Position numbers and translations under genes: made by a program. A stretch of DNA of 63,966 nucleotides, the filler included, from Sandaracinaceae bacterium (GTDB lineage Bacteria; Myxococcota_A; Polyangia; Polyangiales; JADJQN01): assembly GCA_947483975.1 (NCBI GenBank). It is 3 parts of 3 records of this genome, joined end to end, with 100 filler letters (N's around TTAATTAATTAA, not from the genome) between each part and the next. Parts side by side here need not be neighbours in the genome. Positions count along the whole stretch, not along the records: positions 1 to 26,742 come from CANKOL010000027.1; 2 more parts are not named here. The stretch is one strand, 5' to 3'. Positions 9,250 to 18,754 of this stretch are shown one piece after another. The notes under the pieces are model-generated. The model was not told where the DNA came from. It searched no databases and saw only the letters and a list, made by a program, of their open reading frames with translations. Position 1 is the first letter of the stretch. Each line of letters starts with the position of its first letter.

Positions 9250-10983
9250 GTGCCTGCGCGCCCGGCGGCTGCGCGCTCTCCCGCCGCGCTCGTCGCGGCT
9301 GCGAGCCCAGCCGAGGGCGGCGACGCGCGTCGCGTAGCACAGTGGCTCGGCGGCCGGCTCGTGGTCGCCACGCTGATGCTCGGCGGTCATCTGGTGACCG
9401 CAGCCGCGCACGCCAACACGTTCACGGGGCGGGCGCTCTCCGGGCTGATCGTCGCGACCTACGCGGCGACGCTCGTGTCAGCGATCGCGCTTCGGCGTGT
9501 GAGCCAGCGGCAGGGCCTCGAACGAGCGCGCGGGCTGCGCGCCCTCGGGAACGTGCAGGTCGCCCTCGACCTCGCGCTCGAGCTCGGGCTGGTGTGGCTC
9601 GTCGGTGGCGTGATGAGCGCGTTCACGTTCCTCTTCGGGATCACGACGCTCGCCGGAGCCGTGCTCGTGGGGCCGGGCGCAGCGCGTGGCGCGGCGGCAT
9701 CGGCGGTGGTGCTCTACGTGACGCTGAGCGTCGCGACCTCGACCGGCTGGCTCCCTCCCCCGCCGGACCAGCAGGCGAGCCAATACCGCCTCGACGCTCC
9801 GGCCAACGCCTTTGCGCTCGTGCGAAACGTGGTGGGTCTGACGGTCGTCGGTATGCTCGCGAGCTACCTCGCCGCACGCCTACGCCGCACGGGCGGCGAG
9901 CTCGCCAAGGCCGCCGAGAGCGCAGCGGCCCTCGCGCGACTGAACGACGACATCGTGCGGTCGACCCCAGCGGGCCTCCTCACCACGGATCCAGGCGGGA
10001 AGATCCGCACGGCGAACCCGGCCGCGAGGGCGATCTTGGACGCCGACGACGGCGGACTCCTCGGCCTCCCTGTGAGCGACTTCCTCACGGCGATGCACGA
10101 CGACGTCCCCGAGACCTCGCGCGCCGAGACGACCGCGCGGCGCTGCGGCGGCTCGACCTTTCCAGCCGGCTATTCGCGCACCGTGCTCCTCGACGCGGAG
10201 GGACACAGCCTGGGGAGCCTCTTCGTGTTCCAAGACCTCACGGAGGTCACTACCCTGCGCGACTCGGCCGAGCGCGCTGAGCGGCTCGCTCAGCTCGGGC
10301 GTATCGCCGCGGGCCTCGCCCACGAGATCCGCAACCCTCTTGGCTCGATCTCAGGCTCCGTCCAGCTGGTGCGGGAGGCCGCCGAACTCGGCGCGGAGGA
10401 CCGGCACCTGCTGGGCATCGTCATCGCCGAGGTCAAGCGGCTCGACGAGCTGGTCGCGACGATGCTTCAGCTCGGACGACCGCGCGCGCTCGAGCGCGAC
10501 GAGCACGACCTGCGCAGGATCGCGCAGGAGGTCGTCGCCGTCGCGCGCGTCGGAGTGGCCCAGACGAACGGCATCGCGCTCGAGCTCGACGTGCCTGAGG
10601 ACTCGGTCACGGCGAGGGTCGATGGCGCGCAAGTGCGCCAGGTGATCTGGAACCTGGTGACCAACGCGGTGCAGGCGTCGCCGGGCGGCGCGTCTGTGCG
10701 TGTCGTGGTGCGGCGCGGGGAGCCGAGCGGCGCGGTCGTCGAGGTCCACGACCGAGGGCACGGGGTCTCGCGCGATAGCCTTCCGCGACTCTTCGAGGCG
10801 TTCTACACGCAGCGGGCCCAGGGCACGGGGCTCGGGCTGGCGCTCGTCAAGCAGATCGCGGACGCGCACGGCGCGTCCATCGTCGTCGAGAGCGCCGCGA
10901 TCACGGCGCTGGACGCCGGAGACCCCGACGCCGAACAGCGTCAGGACGGGGCGATCTTCCGGATCACGTTCCCGACGGGCTGA
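9250..10983 (+). CDS. pilS: PilS-like membrane sensor histidine kinase
   Basis: Multi-TM N-terminus, PAS-like region, H-box AHEIRNPLGSISGS, N-box QVIWNLVTNA, G-box GTGLGL; directly follows pilC. Confidence 0.8.
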   Translation: MPARPAAARSPAALVAAASPAEGGDARRVAQWLGGRLVVATLMLGGHLVTAAAHANTFTGRALSGLIVATYAATLVSAIALRRVSQRQGLERARGLRALGNVQVALDLALELGLVWLVGGVMSAFTFLFGITTLAGAVLVGPGAARGAAASAVVLYVTLSVATSTGWLPPPPDQQASQYRLDAPANAFALVRNVVGLTVVGMLASYLAARLRRTGGELAKAAESAAALARLNDDIVRSTPAGLLTTDPGGKIRTANPAARAILDADDGGLLGLPVSDFLTAMHDDVPETSRAETTARRCGGSTFPAGYSRTVLLDAEGHSLGSLFVFQDLTEVTTLRDSAERAERLAQLGRIAAGLAHEIRNPLGSISGSVQLVREAAELGAEDRHLLGIVIAEVKRLDELVATMLQLGRPRALERDEHDLRRIAQEVVAVARVGVAQTNGIALELDVPEDSVTARVDGAQVRQVIWNLVTNAVQASPGGASVRVVVRRGEPSGAVVEVHDRGHGVSRDSLPRLFEAFYTQRAQGTGLGLALVKQIADAHGASIVVESAAITALDAGDPDAEQRQDGAIFRITFPTG

Positions 10984-11710
10984 GCAGCGACTCGCTCGCC
11001 GAGGCGGCCTCGAGGTCCCACGCGAGCGCCTCGATGACGCGCGCGTACACCCCGCGATCGAAGAGGAGTTCGTTGTGCCCGAGCGCATCGAACCAGTGAA
11101 CGACGGCGTCGTCGAGGGCCGACGCGCTCGCCGGGGGCGTGATCATCCGGTCGGCGCCCGCGACGATCGCCGTGTGCACCACGCCGCGCGCCTTGTGCCG
11201 CGTCTCGACCAAGCGCCGTACGATGTCGCTCCCGGGCCGAAGCGCATGCCCAAGCGCCGTCGGCGCCATACGGGCGGCTTCCGTGCCCGCGTGAGGCGTC
11301 GCGAGGGTGACGAGGCGCCCCGTGTGCCGCGCGCCATCGAGCTCCTGCAGGTACCAGCGCGCGAGGAGCCCGCCGAGCGAGTGCCCGACGAGGTCGATCG
11401 GGCCACGCTCGGCGTGTCGATCGGCGAGCGCGGCGAACCGCGCAGCGACGTCCTCGAAGCGGCCGATCGGCCCGTAGGTGAAGTGGTCGGTCGACACGTG
11501 CAAGGCGCGCTCGACGTGCTCGCGCATCGGGTCGAAGACGGGCCCCGCCGCGAAGAAACCATGCACGAAGATCACCGTGCGCGGGGCAGCTGCACGCAGC
11601 GGTCGCGCCAAGCGTTGGCCCGCCACCCGACGCGCGACGAGCAGCGCCTGCTCGACGACCGCCGCGCCCTCTCGTTGCATCGCCAGCGCGCGCTGGATCT
11701 TCTGTCGCAT
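10964..11710 (-). CDS. Alpha/beta hydrolase (lipase/esterase family)
   Basis: VIFVHGF, nucleophile elbow VGHSLGG, LVTLATPHAGT, GHNELL. Confidence 0.88.
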   Translation of the reverse strand: MRQKIQRALAMQREGAAVVEQALLVARRVAGQRLARPLRAAAPRTVIFVHGFFAAGPVFDPMREHVERALHVSTDHFTYGPIGRFEDVAARFAALADRHAERGPIDLVGHSLGGLLARWYLQELDGARHTGRLVTLATPHAGTEAARMAPTALGHALRPGSDIVRRLVETRHKARGVVHTAIVAGADRMITPPASASALDDAVVHWFDALGHNELLFDRGVYARVIEALAWDLEAASASESLLSPSGT

Positions 11711-11769
11711 GGCGTGGCTCTCCGTTGGGCAGGAGTCAGAGCGCTCGTCGCTGCGCGAGGGGCACGCGC

Positions 11770-12840
11770 TCAGGAGTATCGCGGGACCCAGCGCTCAGCC
11801 TGGTACCACCGTAGCACTTCTCGAAAGCCCTCCGCGAACCTCGGAAAGCGCGGCGTCCAGCCGAGGGCGCGCAGCTTGCTCACGTCGACCACGAGCTCGT
11901 CGTCGAGCAGCGTCACCGCCTCCGGATCGAGGCGCGGCCGCAGCGCCGCCTTGAGCCCGTGCCGCAGCACGACGAGCCGCCAAGCGACGAGCGCGCTCGT
12001 GTCGGCGGCCTGATACGCGCCAGGCGCCGAGAACGAACGCGCGGCCCAGTGGAGCACGCCGTCGCGGAGGCGCCCCGTCGGCACGGTCGGCAGGCCGTAC
12101 GCCCGAAACGTCTCGACGAGGCGCTCGCCGAGCGGCAGCGGGTCGTCGTCCGACACGTTGTAGACCTGCCCCGCCGTCTGATCGCGGCGCAGCGCGAAGA
12201 GCAGCGCGCGCGCGACATCCTCCGCGTGAACGAAGGTGTGGCGCGGACCGCCGCGCGGGCGTGGCACGACCGGCAGCCCGAGCTTGAGGATCGGCCCGAC
12301 GGCGAGCAGCATCGCAGCGAAGTGTCGGCCGCGGCGGCCGTAGATCGGCGCAGCGCGCAGGATCGTCCACGCCGGTCCGGCGCTCGTGCCGCGTCCGCGC
12401 AGGAACGCCTCTGCGCCATGCTTCGAGAGACCGTGGGGACCGCGCGGCGCGACCTCGCTCTCCTCGGTGAGCGGCTGCAACTGCCTCGGCGCGTACAGCA
12501 TCGACGTCGACATGTGCACGAAGCGCTTCACGCGCGCTGCCTCGGCGGCCTCGTAGAGCCGCACGACGACGTCGGTGTTGCTCGCCGCGAGCTGCGCGGG
12601 ATCGGCGACTGCATCGAGCTGTGCCGCCGTGTGCACGACGTGATCGACTCCGCGCACGACGCGCGCCCGCACGGCCTCATCGCGCAGATCGCCAGGACGC
12701 ACCTCGCCGCGCACGGGCACGGGCACCCCGGCGGCGGTGAGGTCGTTCGCGATGACGCGATAGCCGGCAGCCTCTGCGAGGCCGACCACGTAGTTACCGA
12801 CGGTGCCGCGGGCACCGGTGACGAGCACGGTCTCGGTCAT
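11770..12840 (-). CDS. NAD-dependent epimerase/dehydratase (extended SDR)
   Basis: VLVTGARGTVG, VVHTAA, FVHMST, HGLSK (H in place of the catalytic Y), IYG, FVHAEDVARA; ATG 12840 preceded by GAGGA. Confidence 0.85.
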   Translation of the reverse strand: MTETVLVTGARGTVGNYVVGLAEAAGYRVIANDLTAAGVPVPVRGEVRPGDLRDEAVRARVVRGVDHVVHTAAQLDAVADPAQLAASNTDVVVRLYEAAEAARVKRFVHMSTSMLYAPRQLQPLTEESEVAPRGPHGLSKHGAEAFLRGRGTSAGPAWTILRAAPIYGRRGRHFAAMLLAVGPILKLGLPVVPRPRGGPRHTFVHAEDVARALLFALRRDQTAGQVYNVSDDDPLPLGERLVETFRAYGLPTVPTGRLRDGVLHWAARSFSAPGAYQAADTSALVAWRLVVLRHGLKAALRPRLDPEAVTLLDDELVVDVSKLRALGWTPRFPRFAEGFREVLRWYQAERWVPRYS

Positions 12841-12847
12841 TGATTCC

Positions 12848-13501
12848 TCACTGCGCACCCAGCGACTCTGGATGTTGGTGTACATACGATGCGGAGCCCG
12901 ACGCCGCCTGCTTCACAGCCCGCCGACCCAGCTCGGGCAACGTGTGAAGAAACGTCTGCAGGAGCGCGTGCCCGTGCTCCGTCAGGAACGCCTCAGGGTG
13001 GAACTGCACGCCCTCGATCGGCCAGAGGCGATGACGCAGGCCCATGATCTCGCCGTCCTCGGTCCACGCCGTCACCTCGAGCACCTCCGGCAGCGACGAG
13101 CGCTCGACGACGAGCGAGTGGTAGCGCGTCGCAGAGAACGGCGACGGTAGCCCAGCGAAGACGCCGCGCCCGTCGTGGAGCATCGGCGAAGTGCGACCGT
13201 GCATCGGCTGCGCAGCGCGCACGATCCTCGCGCCGAACGCCTGCGCGATCGCCTGATGCCCGAGACAGACCCCGAGCAGCGGCACGCGTCCGCCGAGCGC
13301 GCGAATCACCTCGAGCGTGATGCCCGCGGCATCGGGCGCGCCGGGTCCAGGCGACAGGACGATCGCCTCGGGCTCAAGCGCGGCGAGCGCTGGCACGTCG
13401 ACTTCGTCGTTGCGGTAGACGACGACGTGCGCTCCAAGCTCGGCCAGGTACTGCACGAGGTTGTAGGTAAACGAGTCGTAGTTGTCGACGACGGCAATCA
13501 T
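12848..13501 (-). CDS. trpG: Anthranilate/aminodeoxychorismate synthase component II (TrpG/PabA glutamine amidotransferase)
   Basis: [34 protein letters not shown]. TrpG and PabA cannot be distinguished by eye. Confidence 0.88.
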   Translation of the reverse strand: MIAVVDNYDSFTYNLVQYLAELGAHVVVYRNDEVDVPALAALEPEAIVLSPGPGAPDAAGITLEVIRALGGRVPLLGVCLGHQAIAQAFGARIVRAAQPMHGRTSPMLHDGRGVFAGLPSPFSATRYHSLVVERSSLPEVLEVTAWTEDGEIMGLRHRLWPIEGVQFHPEAFLTEHGHALLQTFLHTLPELGRRAVKQAASGSASYVHQHPESLGAQ

Positions 13502-13525
13502 GCGCAGGACCCGTGGGTTCGCATT

Positions 13526-14071
13526 CTACTCCACGACCGCGCCCGGCGCGGGCCTTCGCTTCGTCGGCGCCGGCTGAGCGGGATGTCCGAGCTGCTGCGC
13601 GGCCTCGATGACGGCGAGGACCTCCTCCTCCGCCTCGCGGTGCGCGCGGACCGCGCCGAGGAGGGTCTCGTCCTCCACCTCGCCGCGCGCGAGCGCCGCG
13701 GCATAGCGCTCGATGGCCTCCATCCGCCGGCGATACGCCCGCGCGGCGCGCTCCTGCAAAGCGCGCCCCTCGGCCGTTTGGAGCGACACCGCGCCCACTC
13801 GCTCGAGGTGCCGCCGCACCGCCGGCAGCGCGGCCGTGCGCATGATCTCGGAGGCGCGCACCGACCTGCGGTCATCGATCATGCCGTCCGCTTCGCTGAG
13901 GATCTGCGGCGCGGGATCTCGCGCAATCGCTTCCGACAGGGCAGCCGAGTCTGCGCGCAGGAGCGCAGCGGAGGTCGGCGGAGGCGCGCTCGGGCCGCAC
14001 GCGAACGCGCCCGAGAACGCGACGGTCAGCACGCCGCAGAGGAGCGCTTTGGTCGCGAGCGACCGGCTCAC
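13526..14071 (-). CDS. Helical lipoprotein of unknown function
   Basis: Lipobox-like AFAC after a hydrophobic segment; 4-bp overlap with the upstream hydrolase. Confidence 0.6.
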   Translation of the reverse strand: MSRSLATKALLCGVLTVAFSGAFACGPSAPPPTSAALLRADSAALSEAIARDPAPQILSEADGMIDDRRSVRASEIMRTAALPAVRRHLERVGAVSLQTAEGRALQERAARAYRRRMEAIERYAAALARGEVEDETLLGAVRAHREAEEEVLAVIEAAQQLGHPAQPAPTKRRPAPGAVVE

Positions 14072-14955
14072 ACGGCGCCCGACGGCCAGCCGCGCTCGCG
14101 GAAGAACTTCTCGACGCGCAGGTTCACGAGCTCCGGATACTCGACCGCGACGTAGTGCGTGCCGCCCGGAACGACGAGCAACTCAGCCCCGCGAATCGCC
14201 CGCACCATGCGCTCTGCGGCGCTCCGAGGCGTAAACAGGTCGCGGTCTCCGGCGACGACGAGGGTCGGCACGTCCACGTGCTCGAGGGTCGCCCACGCGT
14301 CGTGCAGGCCGAGCTTCTCGAGGGTGCGTACGTAGATGTCCATGTCGAGGTCCTGGAACGAACCCGCGAGATCCGCCCAGAGCTCCTCGTCGAGCGTGCG
14401 CCCCGCGAGCCCGAGTCGCTTGGCCCAGCCGACCGTCTCCGGCCAAGAAGTCACCCGCCGCGTGAGCGCGCCGACGAGCCCAGGCGCTGCGCGCGCCGCT
14501 CCGAGCGCCCGCGGGACGACGTGCTTCATCGAGTCGAGGTTGAGCACCGTCTCCCAGGGTCGCCCCGCGACGCCGTTGACGAGCACGAGCGTCGAGACTC
14601 GCTCGGGCGCCACGCGAAAGAGCTCGAGCGCCACCTGCACGCCCATCGACCAGCCGAGCACAGCCGTCCGCTCGACGCCCTCCGCGTCGAGCACCGCGAG
14701 GACATCCTTCACCTGCGCGTCGATGCCGAGCGCATCGGGATCGCTGGGCGGTCCCGAGCGGTAGAGCCCACGGTAGTCCCAGCTGATGAAGCGATAGCGA
14801 TCGCCGAGGTACGCGATCTGGTGCTTCCACGCCTTCCAGCTGCCCCCGAGACCGTTCGCGAGCACGATCGGGGGTCCCTCACCGGTGACGTGATACGCGA
14901 GCTCTGTACCGTCGAACGAGGCTACGCGACGTTCCTCGACTCGGACTTGCTTCAT
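14068..14955 (-). CDS. Alpha/beta fold hydrolase
   Basis: SFDGTELAY, WDYRG, GWSMG nucleophile, PTLVVAGDRD, GGTHY. Confidence 0.9.
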   Translation of the reverse strand: MKQVRVEERRVASFDGTELAYHVTGEGPPIVLANGLGGSWKAWKHQIAYLGDRYRFISWDYRGLYRSGPPSDPDALGIDAQVKDVLAVLDAEGVERTAVLGWSMGVQVALELFRVAPERVSTLVLVNGVAGRPWETVLNLDSMKHVVPRALGAARAAPGLVGALTRRVTSWPETVGWAKRLGLAGRTLDEELWADLAGSFQDLDMDIYVRTLEKLGLHDAWATLEHVDVPTLVVAGDRDLFTPRSAAERMVRAIRGAELLVVPGGTHYVAVEYPELVNLRVEKFFRERGWPSGAV

Positions 14956-14964
14956 GTGCGCGGG

Positions 14965-14993
14965 AATCTATTCGCCACCGGTTGATTTCGCAA
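14965..14993 (-). promoter_or_regulatory. Putative sigma70 promoter of the hydrolase operon
   Basis: Minus strand TTGCGA-17 nt-TAGATT, 9 nt before the ATG. Confidence 0.5.
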
Positions 14994-15054
14994 CGGATCG
15001 CTGCGTCAGGGGCCACACGAATGCGCCACCGAAGCGCCGTATGTGCAGACGTCG

Positions 15055-15084
15055 TTGACAGCGCCCCTCCGCGGCAGATACGTT
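15055..15084 (+). promoter_or_regulatory. Putative sigma70 promoter, divergent from the previous one
   Basis: TTGACA-18 nt-TACGTT, 11 nt before ATG 15096. Confidence 0.5.
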
Positions 15085-15095
15085 GCGCGGCACCC

Positions 15096-16349
15096 ATGTC
15101 CGCCGACCCGCCGAAGAAGCCGAAAGACATCAAAGACCTCAAGGCCCGGCTCGGGCGCACCATCGCGCCGAACACGCAGAAAGCGGTCATTCCCGCTCCT
15201 GCGATGGGCTTCGGAGGTGTCCCCGACCCGAGCAGCATCGCCCCGCCGCCGATGGCGGCTCCGCCGGGCTTTGCGCCACCTCCAGGCTCGGCCGTCGCGG
15301 CGCCTCCCGGACTAGGCGGCCCTGCGCCGCTCCCGGGCGCGTCCGCGGTCGCACCGCCGCCCTTCATGCAGCGGGCCCCTGCCGCCCCGGCGGCTCCCTC
15401 CGCGCCGCCTCCTCCCGTCGATCCCTTCGCGGCCGGCCAGGCCTCCTCGGGCGGGTCGCGTGAGGTCCGCCTCGTCATCGACGAGAAGCCGGTCGATGAC
15501 TCCGAGATCGGTCGCAAGCAGCGCGGCCGCGTCTTCATCATCCTCGGCCTCGGCATGCTCCTCGGCGGAGCCCTCGGCTTCGGCACCGGAAACGTCGTCG
15601 AGCAGAACCGCCTCCGCGGGCAGGTCATCGCCGATGGCAAAGAGATCTACACCGCGGTGCACACCGCGTCGGACACGGTCAACCAGGCCAAGCGCTTGGT
15701 CAACACCGCGCTCGAGGCCTCGGCAGCGACGCCGAAGCGCGTCGATTTCGCCAGCATCGAGGCGCTTCGCGCCTTGAAGAAGCCGTTCGAAGCGGGCGTC
15801 TTCGCTCGCCGCAAGTACGGCGCCTTCCAGCCCGGGACCGTCGACGCGCTGTTCGAGTACTACAACAGCGTCAACCAGCTCTGGGACAAGTTCGCGTCGA
15901 TCTCCGCGCGCACGCTCAACGCGGGCGCCCGCACGGAGCTGACGAACGCGGCGCAAGCCACGGACTCGCTCTCCTCGACGCAGTACGGCCTCGTGCCGCG
16001 CAGCATCGAGGGCGCGCTCGTCGGCACCCTCGTGTTCGTCGACCCGCCGCCAGCCCCGGCGCCCGGCGTGGCTCCCACCCCACGGACCGAGGCCAGCGTT
16101 CGCGCGAGCCGCGGAGGCGCGGCTGCCACGAAGAAGATCTACACGGGTCAGCCGCTCGACACCGAACCGAGTCAATACGTGATCCTCGTGGAGGGCGCGT
16201 CGAGCGTGAACATCCTCGGTCAGCAAGCGGGAGCGTTCGGGCAGTACCGGGCGAGCCTGACGGAGCTGAAGACGTTGCTCGACAAGACCGTCGAGGTTCA
16301 GGGGCGACTCGAGAACGAGCTCGGGCAGATCGCGGCCCTCTCGAACTGA
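15096..16349 (+). CDS. Bitopic membrane protein of unknown function with Pro-rich cytoplasmic N-terminus
   Basis: MSADPPKKPKDIKDLKARLGRT start, Pro/Ala-rich region, one TM (VFIILGLGMLLGGALGFG), helical C-domain; typical GC3 codon bias. Confidence 0.75.
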   Translation: MSADPPKKPKDIKDLKARLGRTIAPNTQKAVIPAPAMGFGGVPDPSSIAPPPMAAPPGFAPPPGSAVAAPPGLGGPAPLPGASAVAPPPFMQRAPAAPAAPSAPPPPVDPFAAGQASSGGSREVRLVIDEKPVDDSEIGRKQRGRVFIILGLGMLLGGALGFGTGNVVEQNRLRGQVIADGKEIYTAVHTASDTVNQAKRLVNTALEASAATPKRVDFASIEALRALKKPFEAGVFARRKYGAFQPGTVDALFEYYNSVNQLWDKFASISARTLNAGARTELTNAAQATDSLSSTQYGLVPRSIEGALVGTLVFVDPPPAPAPGVAPTPRTEASVRASRGGAAATKKIYTGQPLDTEPSQYVILVEGASSVNILGQQAGAFGQYRASLTELKTLLDKTVEVQGRLENELGQIAALSN

Positions 16350-16416
16350 GCTCTCGGCGCCAGCGCTCCACAAACTCGTGTGAACGCGGCGCCGGGCGTG
16401 ATAGCTTCGCCGAGCT

Positions 16417-17319
16417 TTGGCGCGCTACCGACTGCGCTATCAGTCTACTGACCTGGAAATGCCGCCCGGTGAGTTCGTCATCGGGCGGAGTTCAGACTGT
16501 AGCCTTGCGGTCGATGACCCCCTGGTCTCTCGACGGCACGCGGTCTTGCGTGTCGGCGTCGACGGCGTAATCGCCGAGGACCTCGGCAGCCGGAACGGGA
16601 TCAGCGTCAACGGCGAGCGAGCCGCGGGGCCGCACAAGCTCAAGCACCAAGATCGCGTGACCGTCGGCTCCCAGGAGTTGGTCTTGCTCGAGGTCGGGGC
16701 GCGCGACCGCGACAGGCGCCCGACGGGCCTGATGCTCGTGTGTCCGACCTGCCGCCTGCCAGTGCCCGCCGACGATGTTCGCTGCGCGCACTGCGGCACG
16801 GTCACGCAGGTCGAGTCGACGTCTCGCCAGACCATGGAGATCACGACGCACTCGGCAGCGACAGGTTCGAGCCGCGTCGACGAGGACACCCGCCGTGTGT
16901 CCGCATTTCAACTGCTCGCCGGCATCGCGGACAAGGCGCTCGCGCTCGGTCGGCCCGACGACGCCGAGCGTATCCTCTCCAACCTGCTCGGTGAGTTCCT
17001 CCAGAAGGCGCAGGCTGGACGACCGGCTGGCGAGGACAGCCTGCGCGACGCGGTGCGCTACGCCCTCCGACTCGCGGATCTGACCGGCAAAGCCAGCTGG
17101 GTCGACTGGGTCTTCCAGGTCCACCAGACGACCGACCGGCTGATGAGCGCGGAGACCATCGACGCCCTCTACGCGCTCGTCCGCAAGGTGAAGCATCCCG
17201 GCGGGCGAGCGATCATCGACTACGTTCAGGCCATGCAGCGGAAGGTCGAGTCCTTCTCTCCGCGCGAGAAATTCCTGCTCCAGCGCCTCGCGGGGCTCGA
17301 GCGCGTCGTCGGAGCGTAG
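16417..17319 (+). CDS. FHA domain + zinc-ribbon protein
   Basis: GRS..C......DPLVSRRHA, DLGSRNG..VNG; CPTC...CAHC; TTG start. Confidence 0.88.
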   Translation: MARYRLRYQSTDLEMPPGEFVIGRSSDCSLAVDDPLVSRRHAVLRVGVDGVIAEDLGSRNGISVNGERAAGPHKLKHQDRVTVGSQELVLLEVGARDRDRRPTGLMLVCPTCRLPVPADDVRCAHCGTVTQVESTSRQTMEITTHSAATGSSRVDEDTRRVSAFQLLAGIADKALALGRPDDAERILSNLLGEFLQKAQAGRPAGEDSLRDAVRYALRLADLTGKASWVDWVFQVHQTTDRLMSAETIDALYALVRKVKHPGGRAIIDYVQAMQRKVESFSPREKFLLQRLAGLERVVGA

Positions 17320-17324
17320 TCGCA

Positions 17325-17344
17325 CCGCCGCCGAAGCCCGGCGG
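17325..17344. terminator. Hairpin between convergent FHA genes
   Basis: CCGCCG-8 nt-CGGCGG in the 36-bp gap between the stops. Confidence 0.3.
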
Positions 17345-17355
17345 GGGGCGAACGC

Positions 17356-18222
17356 TCACGGTCGGCGGGCCGCGAAGGCTTCCAGGCGGGAGAGGTTGCT
17401 CAAGTCCGAGCCCTTTGCCGAGAGCCCGCTCGCCTTGTACCAAGCGCAGTAGGTGCCCACGAGGCGCGCCGCCTCCGGAAACGCGTCGAGATCGAACCGC
17501 TCGATGGCGTCGACGACCGATCCCGAGAGCATCAGCAACTGCCGCCGGTACAGCGTCAGGGCCCACCCGAGCCACTCCGTACCGCCGTCGAGCGCGGCAA
17601 GCCGCACGGCGAAGCCCGCGATCATGGCGACGTGCGAAGTGTCGAGCTTGTCGCCGCCAGCGAGGCGCTCATCGACCTCTTTCGACGCGCGGCGGAGCAG
17701 CCGATCGCTCTCGACGGCGCGCCCAGTCGCGAGCGCACGCTCGATGACCTCGCCAAGGAGCTGAAAGGTCCAGTTTCTCCGAGGCTCGACGACGATCCCG
17801 CTCATCGTGTCCTCGTCTTCAGCGGTCCGCGCGCCGCAGTGAGGACAGGTCCCGGCGCCCTCCGGATAAGGCGTGCCGCATGCGTTGCACATCCGCATGA
17901 AGCCCGTGGTGCGCCCCGGGAGCTCGCGCCCTTGCACGACGGCGAACACGAGCTCCTGTGTGCCGATGCGGATCCGATCGCCGTCCTTCAAAGGACACTC
18001 GCCGCGGCTGGGCACGGGGCGCCCGTTCACGCGCACGCCGTTTCGGCTGCCGAGGTCGACGACGACGGCGCCGCCCTCCTCCAGCACCCGAATCCGGACG
18101 TGCTCGCGAGACACGAGCGGATCCTCGAGCGTGATGTGACAGCCGGGGCTGCGCCCGATCAGAACCTCGGGGCCGACCAGGTCGAATTCCTGCAATAGAA
18201 AGCGCAGGCGATAGCGGGCCAA
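17356..18222 (-). CDS. FHA domain + zinc-ribbon protein (paralog of 16417-17319)
   Basis: GRSPGC....DPLVSREH, DLGSRNGVRVNG; CNAC...CPHC; TTG start with GGAG upstream. Confidence 0.88.
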   Translation of the reverse strand: MARYRLRFLLQEFDLVGPEVLIGRSPGCHITLEDPLVSREHVRIRVLEEGGAVVVDLGSRNGVRVNGRPVPSRGECPLKDGDRIRIGTQELVFAVVQGRELPGRTTGFMRMCNACGTPYPEGAGTCPHCGARTAEDEDTMSGIVVEPRRNWTFQLLGEVIERALATGRAVESDRLLRRASKEVDERLAGGDKLDTSHVAMIAGFAVRLAALDGGTEWLGWALTLYRRQLLMLSGSVVDAIERFDLDAFPEAARLVGTYCAWYKASGLSAKGSDLSNLSRLEAFAARRP

Positions 18223-18382
18223 GTCTGCTCCGGAGCGGCTGAAGACTACGCCAGCATACAGATCTCGGGGAGGCTACGTCAAACACGAGCGTCCAAACTC
18301 GACGCTTCGGTCGCGTTATTCTGGGCGCCCCCGCGCGGAGGGAGTCGCCCCGCGGTGGACGTCGGCGTGCTAGCTTGGCGCG

Positions 18383-18643
18383 GTGTCCGACGCCCTTTCG
18401 ACCGACGACGAGAAGACCGCGGAGATCGAGGGAGTCCTGCGCGACGTCGTGCGACCGTTGCTCGAGCGCGACGGCGGCGGCATCGAGCTCGTCTCCGTGC
18501 GCGGCTCAGCGGTCGTCGTGCGCCTCGTGGCCGTCTGCGCGGGCTGTCCAGGGTCGGGCTACACGACCGAGTCGGTGCTCTTGCCGGCCTTGCGGACGGT
18601 CCTCCGCGAGGTGTCGCTCACCGTGGAGCGCGCGCCGAATTAG
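18383..18643 (+). CDS. NifU/NfuA C-terminal domain Fe-S carrier
   Basis: VRPLLERDGGGIELV...RL...CAGCP motif. Confidence 0.85.
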   Translation: MSDALSTDDEKTAEIEGVLRDVVRPLLERDGGGIELVSVRGSAVVVRLVAVCAGCPGSGYTTESVLLPALRTVLREVSLTVERAPN

Positions 18644-18754
18644 CGAAGCGGGCGCCGCGGTCGAGCGCCCCCCGACTTCGCGAAAGACGTCCAGAATTGG
18701 CAGAGCGCGCCCCGCAAGCCTGCGACGCGCGCCCTGAGAGTCCGTGAAGCGCGA

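Noticed and set aside
16741..17890. CxxC motifs in FHA proteins as haem or redox sites
   Set aside because: No CxxCH and no signal peptide; paired CxxC fits a zinc ribbon.
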